A model generated the notes under the pieces. It ran no database searches. It was not told where the DNA came from and was given only the letters and a program-made list of their open reading frames with translations. Position numbers and translations under genes: made by a program. A stretch of 64,000 nt of DNA from positions 8,370,001 to 8,434,000 of the forward strand of contig NC_043021.1 of NCBI RefSeq assembly GCF_006345805.1. The letters are read 5' to 3'. This document shows, piece after piece, positions 29,159 to 43,559 of the stretch. The stretch's first letter is position 1. Each line of letters begins with the position of its first letter. This DNA comes from Octopus sinensis (Eukaryota).

Positions 29159-29329
29159 GTGAGGAGGAGGAGGAGGAGGAGGTTAGAAATAATACTTACG
29201 GAATCTCCTTATAGATTTAACAGGAAATCTTTCTTCTGCCACCACGCCAAAACTGTTGACCGCCAGGAGCCAGAACTGTGAGGATTCTGTTAGATTCGTC
29301 AGGCTAACTTCCATATATGGTAAATATGT
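9454..29329 (-). CDS. Receptor tyrosine kinase with FN3-type ectodomain, single TM and RET/Torso/FGFR-group kinase (torso-like); 12 exons, 5' end missing
   Basis: Exons 29329-29200, 26677-26388, 25876-25705, 22159-21960, 21317-21227, 19801-19616, 18430-18272, 16189-16021, 15129-14976, 13147-12892, 10940-10844, 9604-9454. All introns are GT-AG with matching phases; total 2055 nt open to TAA. Motifs [51 protein letters not shown]. Confidence 0.93.
9748..9947. mobile_element. hAT-like MITE (200 bp) in the last RTK intron
   Basis: Ends CAGTGGTTTTCAA / TTGAAAAGCACTG; imperfect 8-bp TSD ccttggac / acttggga. Confidence 0.65.
10844..10940 (-). CDS. RTK kinase exon ([33 protein letters not shown]); not called in frame by the ORF track
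   Basis: tttcag|GA acceptor and TT|gtaagt donor; 97 nt, phase 1->2. Confidence 0.95.
11501..11672. repeat. Foldback inverted repeat (about 77-bp arms, 17-nt spacer), MITE-like
   Basis: 11501-11578 pairs with 11596-11672 with one 1-nt indel; inserted in (TA)n. Confidence 0.92.
11800..12669 (+). mobile_element. 5'-truncated RTE-type LINE (ORF2 C-terminus, 3'UTR and (GAT)n tail)
   Basis: Reads ...YGHVVR...[26 protein letters not shown]...DRDLW. Its 3'UTR recurs reversed at about 15230-15490, 15645-15920, 20710-21060, 41950-42260, 57020-57570 and 61455-61780. Confidence 0.85.
12892..13147 (-). CDS. RTK catalytic and activation-loop exon (HRDLAARN...DFGLSRD...KWMAMESL...DVWSFG)
   Basis: tttcag|GAA acceptor and G|gtaagg donor; 256 nt. 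Contains tyrosine-kinase signature motifs. Confidence 0.97.
14120..14311 (+). mobile_element. Small Penelope-like-element-type repeat carrying a minimal hammerhead fold (copy 1)
   Basis: Near-identical to 18684-18890; (TA)n flanks; contains CTGTCGA-A-GAGC-GTAG-GCTC-GAAACGTA. Confidence 0.55.
14976..15129 (-). CDS. RTK kinase insert and alphaE (RCRLDG...EDGYTEMTY...[13 protein letters not shown])
   Basis: ttcacag|G acceptor and ATG|gtacat donor; 154 nt, phase 2->0. Confidence 0.92.
16021..16189 (-). CDS. RTK kinase subdomains III-V ([26 protein letters not shown]...MEYLPYGNL)
   Basis: tgtag|AT acceptor and CA|gtaagt donor; 169 nt, phase 1->2. Confidence 0.95.
17245..18200. repeat. 52-bp minisatellite, about 18 copies
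   Basis: Unit TTTCTATTTCATTCATTCTGTTCCATTCTATCTATTTCATTCAATCTGTCTC (starts at 17301 and 17353). Confidence 0.95.
18272..18430 (-). CDS. RTK kinase subdomains I-II (DEWEID...[25 protein letters not shown]); absent from the ORF track
   Basis: ttgcag|GT acceptor and G|gtaaaa donor; 159 nt, phase 1->1. Contains the Gly loop and catalytic Lys. Confidence 0.95.
18684..18890 (+). mobile_element. Same repeat family, copy 2
   Basis: Shared sequence with 14120-14311; hammerhead-like fold at 18755-18792. Confidence 0.55.
18755..18792 (+). ncRNA. Candidate minimal type I hammerhead ribozyme (CUGUCGA core variant)
   Basis: Stem I TCTTT/AAAGA; core CTGTCGA+A; stem II GGGC/GCTC; GAA; palindromic ACGT; GUA cleavage triplet. 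Confidence 0.5.
18919..19118. repeat. Older, imperfect foldback element
   Basis: AAATAAGGATAA...CAAGTGGCCAGCATG...TTTAGGGTATCT mirrors its right half, with several mismatches and a ~20-nt insertion in the left arm. Confidence 0.8.
19250..19545. repeat. (CAA/CAC)n triplet tract; similar tracts at 20083-20316, 37770-38080 and 42725-43175
   Basis: Direct reading. Confidence 0.95.
19616..19801 (-). CDS. RTK transmembrane exon ([29 protein letters not shown])
   Basis: ccccag|AT acceptor and T|gtaagt donor; 186 nt. About 21 hydrophobic residues followed by a basic stop-transfer cluster. Confidence 0.93.
21227..21317 (-). CDS. RTK FN3 C-terminal exon ([25 protein letters not shown])
   Basis: ggcag|GTA acceptor and A|gtgaga donor; 91 nt, phase 0->1. 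Confidence 0.85.
21960..22159 (-). CDS. RTK FN3 exon ([17 protein letters not shown]...YLVAW...[10 protein letters not shown])
   Basis: ctttag|TC acceptor and AAG|gttggt donor; 200 nt, phase 1->0. FSW..P, YLVAW and LEPSFIY are canonical FN3 motifs. Confidence 0.9.
22965..23610. repeat. (AAT)n/(GAT) tract
   Basis: Direct reading. Confidence 0.98.
25290..25480 (+). mobile_element. C-terminal fragment of an RLE-type (R4/Dong-like) non-LTR retrotransposon
   Basis: Reads [44 protein letters not shown], typical of the end of an RLE domain. Confidence 0.6.
25705..25876 (-). CDS. RTK ectodomain exon ([21 protein letters not shown]...KTPKC...)
   Basis: cctag|GTC acceptor and A|gtaagt donor; 172 nt, phase 0->1. 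[14 protein letters not shown] is an FN3 E-F pattern. Confidence 0.85.
26388..26677 (-). CDS. RTK ectodomain exon ([22 protein letters not shown]...[12 protein letters not shown]...STGGQ)
   Basis: tttacag|GA acceptor and CAG|gtattg donor; 290 nt, phase 1->0. YYVNW is an FN3 C-strand pattern; N-glycosylation sequons present. Confidence 0.8.
28218..29182. repeat. (GAT/GGT/GAG)n triplet tract with higher-order units, abutting an RTK donor site
   Basis: Direct reading. Confidence 0.97.
29200..29329 (-). CDS. RTK exon, second half of an FN3-like repeat ([28 protein letters not shown]...)
   Basis: ttgcag|ACA acceptor and C|gtaagt donor. Phase 0->1 fits the next exon. LTNL...AVNSFG resembles FN3 strands E-F. 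Confidence 0.75.
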
Positions 29330-30117
29330 CTGCAATAATTGCAACAAGTGAAACCGATATAGAGTAATAGAATAACCATCACTGCTATCACTACCAATAC
29401 CATGATGACCACCACCACCAATGACAGTATTGAATAACAACAGCTGTCAATCTTTGACCAAGTTGACATTCCCTGTCACCGTCATGTCCATCACAACAAC
29501 CTAAAGACAAACAAAGGGCAGGCCTTGAACATGGTTACTTGATCTCCCAGAAATATGCAACTGGTATTTAATTTATCGACCCTGAAAGGATGAAGGGCAA
29601 AGTTGACCTTGGCGGAATTTGAACGCAGAACGTAGCAGCAGACGAAATACTGCTAAGCATTTCTCCCAGCGTGCTAACGATTCTGCCAGCTCGCTGCCTT
29701 GGAGGCATTTTAATAAGGACTATTTAAATATATACTGTTAATAAGGTGGTAAGCTGGTAGAAACTTTATCATACCAGTCGAAATGTTTTGCAGTATTTTG
29801 TCTGCTGCTGCTACGTTCTGAGTTCAACTTCTGTCAAGGTCGACTTTGCCTTTCGTCTTTTCAGGATTGATAAATTAAGTCCCAGTTGCATACTGAGGTC
29901 GATCTGATTGACTGGCTCCCTTCCCCGAAATTTTGGGCCTTGTGCCTAGAGTAGAAAAGAATATATTCTGTCAGTAAGGCGGCGAGCTGGCAGAAACCTT
30001 AACACGCCGGGCGAAATGCTTAGTGGTATTTCATCTGTCTTTGAGTTCTGAGTGGTCTGCTCATGAATGGTTTAAATGATTTCACAGTGGAGACCTGAGC
30101 CTTGAAGATTGTGAGCA

Positions 30118-30545
30118 TAGGCGCAGGAGTGGCTGTGTGGTAAGTAGCTTGCTAACCAACCACATGGTTCCGGGTTCAGTCCCACTGTGTGGCATCTTGG
30201 GCAAGTGTCTTCTGCTATAGCCTCGGGCCGACCAATGCCTTGAGAGTGGATTTGGTAGACGGAAACTGAAAGAAGCTGTCGTATATATGTATATATATAT
30301 GTGTGTGTATGTGTGTATGTGTTTTGTGTGTCTGTGTTTGTCCCCCTAGCATTACTTGACAACCGATGCTGGTGTGTTTACGTCCCCGTCACTTAGCGGT
30401 TCGGCAAAAGAGACCGATAGAATAAGTACTGGGCTTACAAAGAATAAGTCCCGGGGTCGATTTGCTCGACTAAAGGCGGTGCTCCAGCATGGCTGCAGTC
30501 AAATGACTGAAACAAGTAAAAGAGTATAGAGTAAAAGAGTATAGT
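30118..30545 (+). mobile_element. tRNA-derived SINE family A (representative full copy; more than 20 copies or fragments in the window)
   Basis: Head GGCGCAGGAGTGGCTGTGTGG (A box) ...GGTTCAGTCCC (B box), internal (TA/TG)n, tail GAAACAAGTAAAAGAG. Other copies at about 3345-3685, 4395-4770, 6510-6940, 7440-7910, 25980-26360, 32128-32550, 32955-33400, 36640-37360, 39040-39650, 53380-53760, 62245-62640 and 63160-63780. Confidence 0.9.
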
Positions 30546-30559
30546 GGATGCTCATTCAA

Positions 30560-30875
30560 TTAAAGACCACCATTCAGAAAGATCCATGTAATACCACTTG
30601 AGAACTGGCAAAAGAACTTCAAGTTAGCCAGAAAACTGCCTGCAACCATTTGCATGAGATTGGAGAATCAAAAAAGTTCGACAAATGGCCAATACACAAT
30701 TTGAATGAAAATCAGAAAATGTAAAGATATGAAATTTGCTCATCACTTTTTTTCTGTAACCAGACCGATCCATTTCTTGACCGTATTGTAACTTGTAATG
30801 AAAAGTGGATTCTGTACAATAATGAATAACGTTCTTCGCAGTGGTTGGACCAATATGAAGCACCGAAAACCTTCC
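30560..30875 (+). mobile_element. Mariner transposase remnant
   Basis: Reads ELAKELQVSQKTACNHLHEIG...KFDKWPIHNL...FLDRIVTCNEKWILYNN. Confidence 0.8.
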
Positions 30876-30879
30876 TTAA

Positions 30880-31100
30880 TCCTTTAGTGTTCGCATTATT
30901 CTGCCAAAATTAATGCTTCTTCATCCACATTGTTTTGAATTAATCATGCATTATCTTGTAGCTATGAGATTTTAATGAGGTAGCTGTTAATTTTTAAAAC
31001 GATATTGTAGGGTTGGTGTGAGAGACCAGATCTGGCCAGTTTGAACATAAAACAGGCAGAATACTTTTGGCCAGATATGGCCGGTTTAAATGCTAAAGGG
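30880..31100. mobile_element. piggyBac-like MITE
   Basis: TTAA at 30876-30879 and 31101-31104; ends (T)CCTTTAG... / ...CTAAAGGG. Related pieces at about 41680-41883, 58912-58940 and 59540-59695. Confidence 0.65.
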
Positions 31101-31106
31101 TTAAAT

Positions 31107-31206
31107 NNNNNNNNNNNNNNNNNNNNNNNNNNNNNNNNNNNNNNNNNNNNNNNNNNNNNNNNNNNNNNNNNNNNNNNNNNNNNNNNNNNNNNNNNNNNNN
31201 NNNNNN
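31107..31206. other. Assembly gap (100 N)
   Basis: Run of N. Confidence 1.
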
Positions 31207-31267
31207 TATAGCGGTGGGTATCTTGATAGATAGATAGATAGGTAGGTAGGTAGGTAGGTCTGTAGGG

Positions 31268-31346
<79 letters not shown>

Positions 31347-31589
31347 GTAGGTAGGTAGGTAGGTAGGTCTGTAGGTAGGTAGGTAGGTATACAGAAAGAC
31401 AAAGCAGCATATATTTCATGCTCATGTAAATATATTCAGTAGCACATGCTCGTTACCCTTTCGTATAAAGTTACTTTCACGCAACCTGATATTCAATAAA
31501 GATATGTCTGTACATACATATACAGTAATACCTCACTTTACGAAGAACCCTCTTTACGAAACTCCGGGTTTACGAGTTTTATTTTATAA

Positions 31590-31890
31590 TAAATTAGCAG
31601 TATCGCCCGGCGTTGCTCGGGTTTGTAAGGGAAATAACTATATAAGCATTTTTAGAGAGTTATAGCCAAAAATAGCAAAAAATGCATTAAAAATGGAAAA
31701 AAAGGATGGTAAATTTTTTTTTAAATCGTAGACTCATCGTAGACGCGCGCTAATACCCAGAAGGGCTCGATATGAATCACGACTATAAGATACCCGGTTT
31801 TGGTTAAACTGCACCGCAAAATGTGGGAGTAGTTAGGAATCTAAATCGTAGGAGACAGACACACAACTTCACTTTTATATATAAAGAAGA
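31590..31890 (+). mobile_element. Non-autonomous Helitron/Helentron-like element nested in a pogo/Tigger-like MITE (about 31521-32960)
   Basis: AATTAGCAGTATCGCCCGGCGTTGCTCGGG...CTTTTATATATAAAGA ends resemble recalled invertebrate Helitron-type repeats. The outer element starts TACAGTAATACCTCACTTTACG. Confidence 0.4.
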
Positions 31891-33419
31891 TATAAATTTT
31901 GAACGAAGTGCAAAAGTTTCTACCACCATAAGAAATGCTTATGCGTGTTACCGAGAAATTTAGAGAGAGCGAAAAAAAGCTTCCCCTAAGCAAACAACTC
32001 TGGACTTATTTTTAACAAAGAAATCTACGAGTCTGTCTACGAGTACTTGTGAATCGGCAATCGCGTCTACAAGTGATGGTCTACAAGTGATAGTCTAGTG
32101 CGAGTGAAAAGGATTCAGAAAACAAATGCGTAGGAGTGGCTGTGTGGTAAAGTAGCTTGCTTACTAACCACATGCTTCCGGGTTCAGTCCCATCGCGTGG
32201 CACCTTGGGCAAGTGCCTTCTACTATAGCCTCGGGCCGACCAAAGCCTTGTGAGTGGATTTGGTAGATGGAAACTGAAAGAAGCCAGTCATATATATGTA
32301 TATGTATATATATGTGTGTGTGGGAGTTTGTGTGTCTGTGTTTGTCCCCCCCCCCTCCCAACATCGCTTGACAACCGATGCTGGTGTGTTTACGTCCCCG
32401 TAACTTAGCGGTTCTGCAAAAGAGACCGATAGAATAAGTACAAGGCTTGCAAAGAATAAGTCCTGGGGGGTCGATTTGTTCGACTAAAGGTGGTGCTCCA
32501 GCATGGCCGCAGTCAAATGACTGAAACAAGTAAAAGAGTAAAAGAGTATTTTTTCTTATTATAAATGATCTTGGCATTCTTCTTACTTCGCATAAAATAT
32601 TCTTCACATTCTGCTGTTGTTTTATTGCCATTTATTTACGACTGTTATAAATTTTATAGGTAAAATATTTTTCTGGGAATGAATTACGATATATAAGATT
32701 GCTATTATGGGAAATTATCAAATTCCGCCGAGGTCGACTTTGCCTTTCATCCTTTCGTGGTCGATAAATTAAGTACTAGTTACGCACTGGAGTCGATGTA
32801 ATTGACTTAATCCGTCAGTCTGTCCTTGTTTGTCCACTCTGTGTTTAGCCCCTTGTGGGTAGTAAAGAAATATATTATGGGAAATTATTGCTCTGCTTTA
32901 CGAGTTTTCGCTTTACGATCGATCGGTCTCCGGGAACAAATTAACTTGTATAAGGAGTGGCTGTGTGGTAAGTAGCTTGCTAACCAACCACATGGTTCCG
33001 GGTTCAGTCCCACTGCGTGGCATCTTGGGCAAGTGTCATCTGCTATAGCCCCGGGCCGACCAATGCCTTGTAAGTGGATTTAGTAGACGGAAACTGAAAG
33101 AAGCCTGTCGTATATATGTATATATATATATGTATGTGTGTGTGTATGTGTGTGTGTTTGTGTGTGTGTGTTTGTCCCCCTAGCATTGCTTGACAACCGA
33201 TGCTGGTGTGTTTGTCCCCCTAGCATTGCTTGACAACCGATGCTGGTGTGTTTACGTCCCCGTTACTTAGCGGTTCGGCAAAAGAGACCGATAGAATAAG
33301 TGCTGGGCTTACAAAGAATAAGTCCTGGGGTTCGATTTGCTCGACTAAAGGCGGTGCTCCAGCATGGCCGCAGTCAAATGACTAAAACAAATAAAAAGAA
33401 AAAAAGAAAAAAAAGAATT

Positions 33420-36630
<3,211 letters not shown>

Positions 36631-37158
36631 TTTATTCTACTCGTTTACTTGTTTCAGTCACTGAGCTGCGGCCATGCTGTAGCACCGTCTTGAAGGGTCC
36701 TAGCGCATCACATCGACCCCCCCTATACTTCATTACTTTCCAAACCTGATACTTATTCATGCGTCAGTGCGCCGACCAAAGCCTTGTGAGTGGATTTGGT
36801 AGACGGAAACTGTAAGAAGCCTGTCCCGTGTCTATCTATATTTGCCCCCCCCCCCCACCGCCACCACTATCTCTTGACAACCGGTGTTGGAGTCTTTTAC
36901 TCTTTTACTTGTTTCAGTCATTTTGACTGTGGCCATGCTGGGGCACCGCCTTTTAGTCGTGCAAATCGACCCTAGGACTTATTCTTTGTAAGCCTAGTAC
37001 TTATTCGATCGGTCTCTTTTGCCGAACCACTAGCTTACGGGGACGTAAACACACCAGCATCGGTTGTCAAGAGATGTTGGGGGAACAAACACAGACACAC
37101 AAACATATATACACACATACATACACACACACACACACACACAGACATACACACGCAT

Positions 37159-37192
<34 letters not shown>

Positions 37193-37899
37193 GCATATAT
37201 ACGACGGGCTTCTTCCAGTTTCCGTCAACCAAATCCACCCACAAGGATTTGGTTGGCCCGAGGCTATAGTAGAAGACACTTGCCCAAGGTGCAACGCAGT
37301 GGGACTGAACCCGGAACCATTTGGCTGGTAAACAAGCTACTTAACACACAGCCGCTCCTACGTTTCCGTGACTGAGCTGTTCGACAAAAGAGATCGGTAG
37401 AACAAGTACCAGGCTTTTTTTAAAAAGTGGGGTAGGGGTGGGGGCGATTATTCTACTAAAATTTCTTCTTGGCGGTGCTCCAGCATGGCCGCAGTTAAGT
37501 GACTTATACAGATAAAAGATAAGATAATAGTATGTATGGCAGAATGGAGGTGCGTCGATGGTGGTTTCGATTCCTGGACCGGGCGGTGCACTTTGTCCTT
37601 AAGCAAGACACTTCATTTCAACTGGCAAAAAAGAATTATCCTGCGACGGGGCCGGTGTCCCGTCCAATGGGGCTTATGACCCTATGGCTCGGATAGGACC
37701 CTTAAACTTTTCTATATATAAACTACTACTACTACTACTACATGTAGTATGTGTTTGTGTCTATGTTGTTGTTGTGGTAGTGTTGGTGTTGGTGATGGTA
37801 GTAGTAGTAGAAGTAGTGGTAGTAGTAGTAGTAGTAGTAGTAGTAGCAGCAGGAGCAGTCGTGGTGGTGATGGTGGTAGTGGTAGTAGTGGTGGTGCTG

Positions 37900-37947
<48 letters not shown>

Positions 37948-37956
37948 CTGGTAGTG

Positions 37957-37995
<39 letters not shown>

Positions 37996-40123
37996 CTGGT
38001 AGTGGTAGTAGTAGTAGTAGTAGTAGTAGTAGTTGTAGCAGCAGCTGTCGTGATGGTGGTGGTAGTAGTAGTAGTAGTATGCATCATAAGCGTCACCTCA
38101 ATCATCGCCGCTACGACGATCATCACCACCACCAGCAAACCGACATCTGGCCATCACAATATAACAAAAAAAAAAAAAAAGATGAGAAGGTCACGACTGG
38201 AAAGCCTTTCATCAGAGTTGATCTGGGCAAAGCTACATCAGCAACGTCTTCACCACCACCACCACCACCACCACCACCACCACCATCACCACCGCTATTA
38301 CTATAAGTTGGCCCATCACCAGCATCATCACTGTTGCCAGCTGCAAGAGATTGTATGCGGTTAGCTCAAAATGCTAGAAATAGCTGTCAAATCTATCTTA
38401 AATTACAGTATTACATCCTTAAAAACAGACGTAAAAACTTGAGTAATGTAGTCTTGGATATACAGTAACCTAGATTCGGACTGGGTTATCACGGGTGGAA
38501 TGTCTTTGACCATAAGGGCATCCTCTGCAGTTATATTTCAACTTTACAATGGCAATCAAATCTATAATCCGTACGTGACTGTAAGGTAAGAAACTTGCTT
38601 CCCAACTGCGCGGTTCCGGGTTCGATCGTCTCTTTTGCCGATTTGTTAAGTTACGGAGCCGTAATTTATGAACGAAATCAAAAGAAATCTAATCTACAGA
38701 AATTAAAATTTTTCTAATTTGTATTTACAACGTCATTATATCGGTAATGTTGCCGGGCGAAATGCGTAGCCGTATTTCGTCTGCCGCTACGTTCTGAGTT
38801 CAAATTCCGCCGAGGTCGACTTTGCCTTTCATCCTTTCGGGGTCGATTAAATAAGAACCAGTTGCGCACTGGGGTCGATATAATCGACTTAATCCGTTTG
38901 TCTGTCGTTGTTTGTCCCCTCTATGTTTAGCCCCTTGTGGGTAGTAAAGAAATAGGTAACGTTTGTCCTGAATTTTGATCTGAAAAACCTCTTTCAACTT
39001 TTCGCGGTCATTAGAGGATACTGTTGTTTTTTTTTGTTACTCTTTTTACTTGTTTCAGTCATTTGACTGCGGCCATGCTGGAGCACCGCCTTTGGTCGAA
39101 CAAATCGACCCCCAGGACTTATTCTTTGTAAGCCTAGTGCTTATTCCATCGGTCTCTTTTGCCGAACCGCTAAGTTACGGGGACGTAAACACACCAGCAT
39201 CGGTTGTCAAGCGATGTTGGGGGGACAAACACAGACACACACTCTTTACTCGTTTACTTGTTTCAGTCATTTGACTGTGGCCATGCTGGAGCACCGCCTT
39301 TAGTCGAGCAAATCGACCACAGGACTTATTCTTTGTAAGCCTAGTGCTTATTCTATCGGTCTCTTTTGTCGAACCGCTAAGTTACGGAGACGTAAACACA
39401 ACAGCATCGGTTGTCAAGCGATGTTGGGGGAGTGAAAAAAACACAGACACACAAACACACACACATATATATACATATGCATATATATACGACAGGCTTC
39501 TTTCAGTTTCCGTCTACCAAATCCACTCACAAGGCTTTGATCGGCCCGAGGCTATAGTAGAAGACACTTGCCCAAGGTGCCACACAATGGGACTGAGCCC
39601 AGAACCATGTGGTTGGTAAGCAAGCTACTTACCACACAGCCACTCCAGCACCTATGAGCGTTCCCCAACACCTGAAGACCAGTAGTTCTATTGTCAAGTC
39701 AAGTTGTCGTCGCGAACAAAACTTTCCATCCCCCAAATTTTAACTTGAAAAAAAAAAAAAAAGAAAACGAAAATATCAAAGAGTTACCTCCCCTAGCAAA
39801 CAGATTAATCTATATGAAGTTGTTTCCCTCTAAATCTTGATTATTACCTCCGCTTTAGCGACGGTGGACGTATTGTTCTATTTGCTTTACATATTAGTTC
39901 TACACGACAGTTTTCTCTGTTGGACAGGAATTTCTTTATTGAATAGAACCTTGGAATGCATCTCTTATGAAATTATGATACTTTCCATTTAAGTTTGAAC
40001 ATAAGAAGCTTTGTTATAAGAAGCCAGAAACGGTGTCCGACGTGTTTGTAAATGTAGAAAACAAGTTAATTAATGAGTTTCGATTGTAATTAATAAAATG
40101 TCAAAATGCTTATAAAAAACATC

Positions 40124-40547
40124 GGATCTTTTCGGTTTGAACGGCAGTTTTTTAGAATAATTTCCACGTAACTAAACACTTTTAAACTTCGTATACTGGT
40201 AGAATGTGTTTATAAAACATCTTTTTCTCTTGGCTTTATTGAGAAAATTCTATGGTTTGTAAGATATTTGTTGGGCTTTTTTTCTTCAATTTCTGCAATT
40301 TCAACCAATCAATGACGTCTATTGAGGTAAAAAAAAAACATTCTGTGCCGTATGAATTTGTCCCTCGTTTAAGAAACAGATTGGGTTTATTTACATTTGT
40401 GAAGAAAAAAAGATACCCTACCCCTCACTCCTAACCCTAACCCTAAAACAGATTGAAATGCAATAGATCGATACTAGGGTCATAATTATGGGTAACAATT
40501 TCATATGACACTGCTAGAAAAAACTGCCGTTCAAACCGAAAAGATCC
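40124..40547. mobile_element. MITE with perfect 30-bp TIRs and 8-bp TSD (Merlin-like GG termini)
   Basis: TIR GGATCTTTTCGGTTTGAACGGCAGTTTTTT at both ends; TSD AAAACATC at 40116-40123 and 40548-40555. Confidence 0.9.
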
Positions 40548-43500
40548 AAAACATCAAACAATTTTTTTTCCAGGACTGTTTTTCTATAGTAATTAGTGTT
40601 GAATCTTTTTTTTAATCTTATTTTAATATCAATTCTATTTTCCATAAATGAATATATATTTTTTTTATAGTTACATATATTTTCACATAAATTAAAAGAA
40701 AAGGAAAACAAAATCAAGGCAGGACAGTGTTATCAGTTCATTTTGAATATTTTAATTAAAGTAAAGGTGAATGATGTGGAGGCACAATGACCCAGTGGTT
40801 AGGGCAGCAGACTCGCAGTTGGAGGATCGTGGTTTCCATTCCCAAACCGGGCGTTGTGTGTTTATTGAGCATACATATATATACGTTGTGTGTTTATTGA
40901 GCATACATATATATACGTTGTGTGTTTATTGAGCATACATATATATATACATACATACATATATATATACACACACGTATGTTAGTATTTATCCTGCAAT
41001 GTCGCTTGACAACCAGCATTGGTGTGTTTACGTCGCTGCAACTTAGCATTTCAGCAAAAGAGACTGATTGAATAAGGACCAGGCTTTAAAAGAAAATAAG
41101 TGCTGGGGTCGATAAGTTCAATGAAACTTCGAGGTGGTGCCCCAGCATGGCAGCAGTCTAATGATTGAAACTTTTACTTCAATTTGAGAAACAAGAGTTT
41201 GTGGAATTCATGCATTTCTCAAAGAGTGTAGCAAGAATTTTCCAGCTTCCTGCACATGGTTGATTCAGAATTCGAGTAGAGTTAAGGCAACAAGCTAGCA
41301 GAAACGTTAGCACGCAGGGCAAAATGCTTAGCGATATTTCGTCTGCTGCTACGTTCTGAGTTCAAATTCTGCTGAGGTTGACTTTGCCTTTCATCAATTC
41401 GGGGTTGATTAAATAAGTACCAGTTGCGCACTGGGGTCGATATAATCGACTTAATCCATTTGTCTGTCCCCTCTGTGTTTAGCCCCTTCTGGGTAGTAAA
41501 GAAATAGCTATTTCGTCTGCCGTTACGTTCTGAGTTCAAATTCCGCTGAGGTCGACTTTCGGGTTTGATGAAATAAGTACCAGTTACACACTGGGGTTGA
41601 TGTAATCAACTATCCACCTTCACCCAAAATTTTCAAGGACTTGTGCTTGGAGTAGAAATAATTATTCAATCAAATTATTCTGTCAAATGCAATGTTTAAT
41701 TATTTACATTGTTATGAATTAATCATGCATTATCTCATAGCCTTGAGGTTTCAATGGTAGGAAGGTTTAATTTTTGGAATAACATTGTAGGGTAGGTGTG
41801 AGAAGCCAGATCTGGCTAATTTTAACATAAAACAAGTAGAATATTTAGGCCGAATGTGGCCAGTTTAAATGCTAATGGTTTAATCTTATATCTGGAACCT
41901 CATAACTTAACAAACAGTTTAAGGCAAGTTGGAATCAACAGGACTATAACATCATCATCATCATCATCGTTTAATGTCCATTTTCCAGTTCTGGCATAGA
42001 TTGGACAGTTTGACCAGAGCTGGCAAGCTGAGGAGCTACATGGGGCTGCTCTCTGATTCGGCTCGGTTTCTGTGGCTGGATGCCCTTCCTAATGCCAACC
42101 ATTTTACAGAGTGTACTTGGGTGCTTTGTACGTGGCACTGACACAGGTGCTTTTATGTGACTCCAGCATGGGAGCTATTACATGGGGCTGGCATGGGTGC
42201 ATTTTATGTGGTGCCAGCCACAGGTGCTTTTTACATGGTTCTGCTACATGTGCATTTTATGTGACACTATCAAACGGCTCCAGCGGGACGATCCTCTTCA
42301 GCAGGAGGAGTAGGGTTAACACTTCTGTTGTGGAGCGAGCTGGCAGAAACGTTAGCACGCCGGGCGAAGTGCATAGCCGTATTTCGTCTGTCTTTACATT
42401 CTGAGTTCAAATTACTCCGAGGTCAACTTTGCCTTTCATCCTTTCAGGGTCGATAAATTAAGTACCAGTTACGCACTGGGGTCGATATAGTTGACTTATT
42501 CCGTTTGTCTGTCCTTGTTTGTCCTGTCTGTGTTTAGCCCTTTGTGGGCAATAAAGAAATAGGCTCCAGACACCTCGGTCTTGCAAGTGGTGGACTTATA
42601 TGAACTATGAAGACATGAAGAAGAAAAAAAACAGAAGTTTTTAAAATGATAATAAAAACAAGTAAATTTTCTCATAAAGATTTATTAAAGGCTATTTACA
42701 GTGTTTTAAATGTTTGACCACATTGTTGTTGTGGCGGTGGTGGTCTTCGTCGTGGTGGTGGTTGTGGTGGAGGTTGTGGTGGTGGTGGCTGTGGTGATGG
42801 CGGCTGTGGTGGTGGTGGCTGTGGTGGTAGTGGCTGTGGTGAAGGTTGTTGTGATGGTGGTTGTGGTGGAGGTTGTGGTGGTGGTGGTGGCTGTGAGGAA
42901 GGTTGTGGTGGTGGTTGTGGTGGAGGTTGTGGTGGAGGATGTGGTGATGGTGGTTGTGGTGGTGGCGGTGGTGGTAGTGGAGGGGTTGTGGTGATGGTGG
43001 CTGTGGTGGAGGTTGTGGTGGTTGTGGTGAAGGTTGTGGTGATGGTGGTTGTGGTGGTGGTGGTAGTGGTGGTTGTGGTAGTGGTGGTTGCGGTGGAGGT
43101 TGTGGTGGAGGTTGTGGTGATGGTGGTTGAGGTGGTGGTAGTGGTGGTGGTGGTTGTGGTGGTGATGGTGGTGGGGAATATTATTTAAGTCAGAGGTGAT
43201 AAAAACAAAGTTATTTTCCAGCATGGAAATAAATTCAATTTTTATTTGGTGGGGAAGAGCAGCCAAGTGGCAAAGTGGTGAGTGTACTGGATAGGAATAT
43301 TGTCATGGGTTCAAATACTGCAGAGATCAACATTATCTTTCATCCCATCGGATTAGTAAATAATGCAGAAATTGAGTACTGGACTTCATTATCTCTCTCT
43401 CTCTCTCTGCTTTCTTTGTGCTATATGATCTTTCTTTCTTTCTCTCTCTCTCTCTCTCTCTGCTTTCATTGTGCTGTAAGATCTTTCTTCTCTCTCTCTC

Positions 43501-43559
43501 TCTCTCTCTCTCTGCTTTCTTTGTGCTATATGATCTTTCTTTCTCTCTCTCTCTCTGCT

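Noticed and set aside
37684-38364. 226-aa poly-Val ORF and similar ORFs at 19094-19638, 20061-20381 and 42706-43266
   Set aside because: (GTA)/(GGT)/(CAA) repeats.
42574-42604. Strong acceptor with a possible 31-nt exon (HISPPLARP) as an upstream RTK exon
   Set aside because: Weak donor (gtgtct); phase 1->2 has no partner exon; abuts a SINE.
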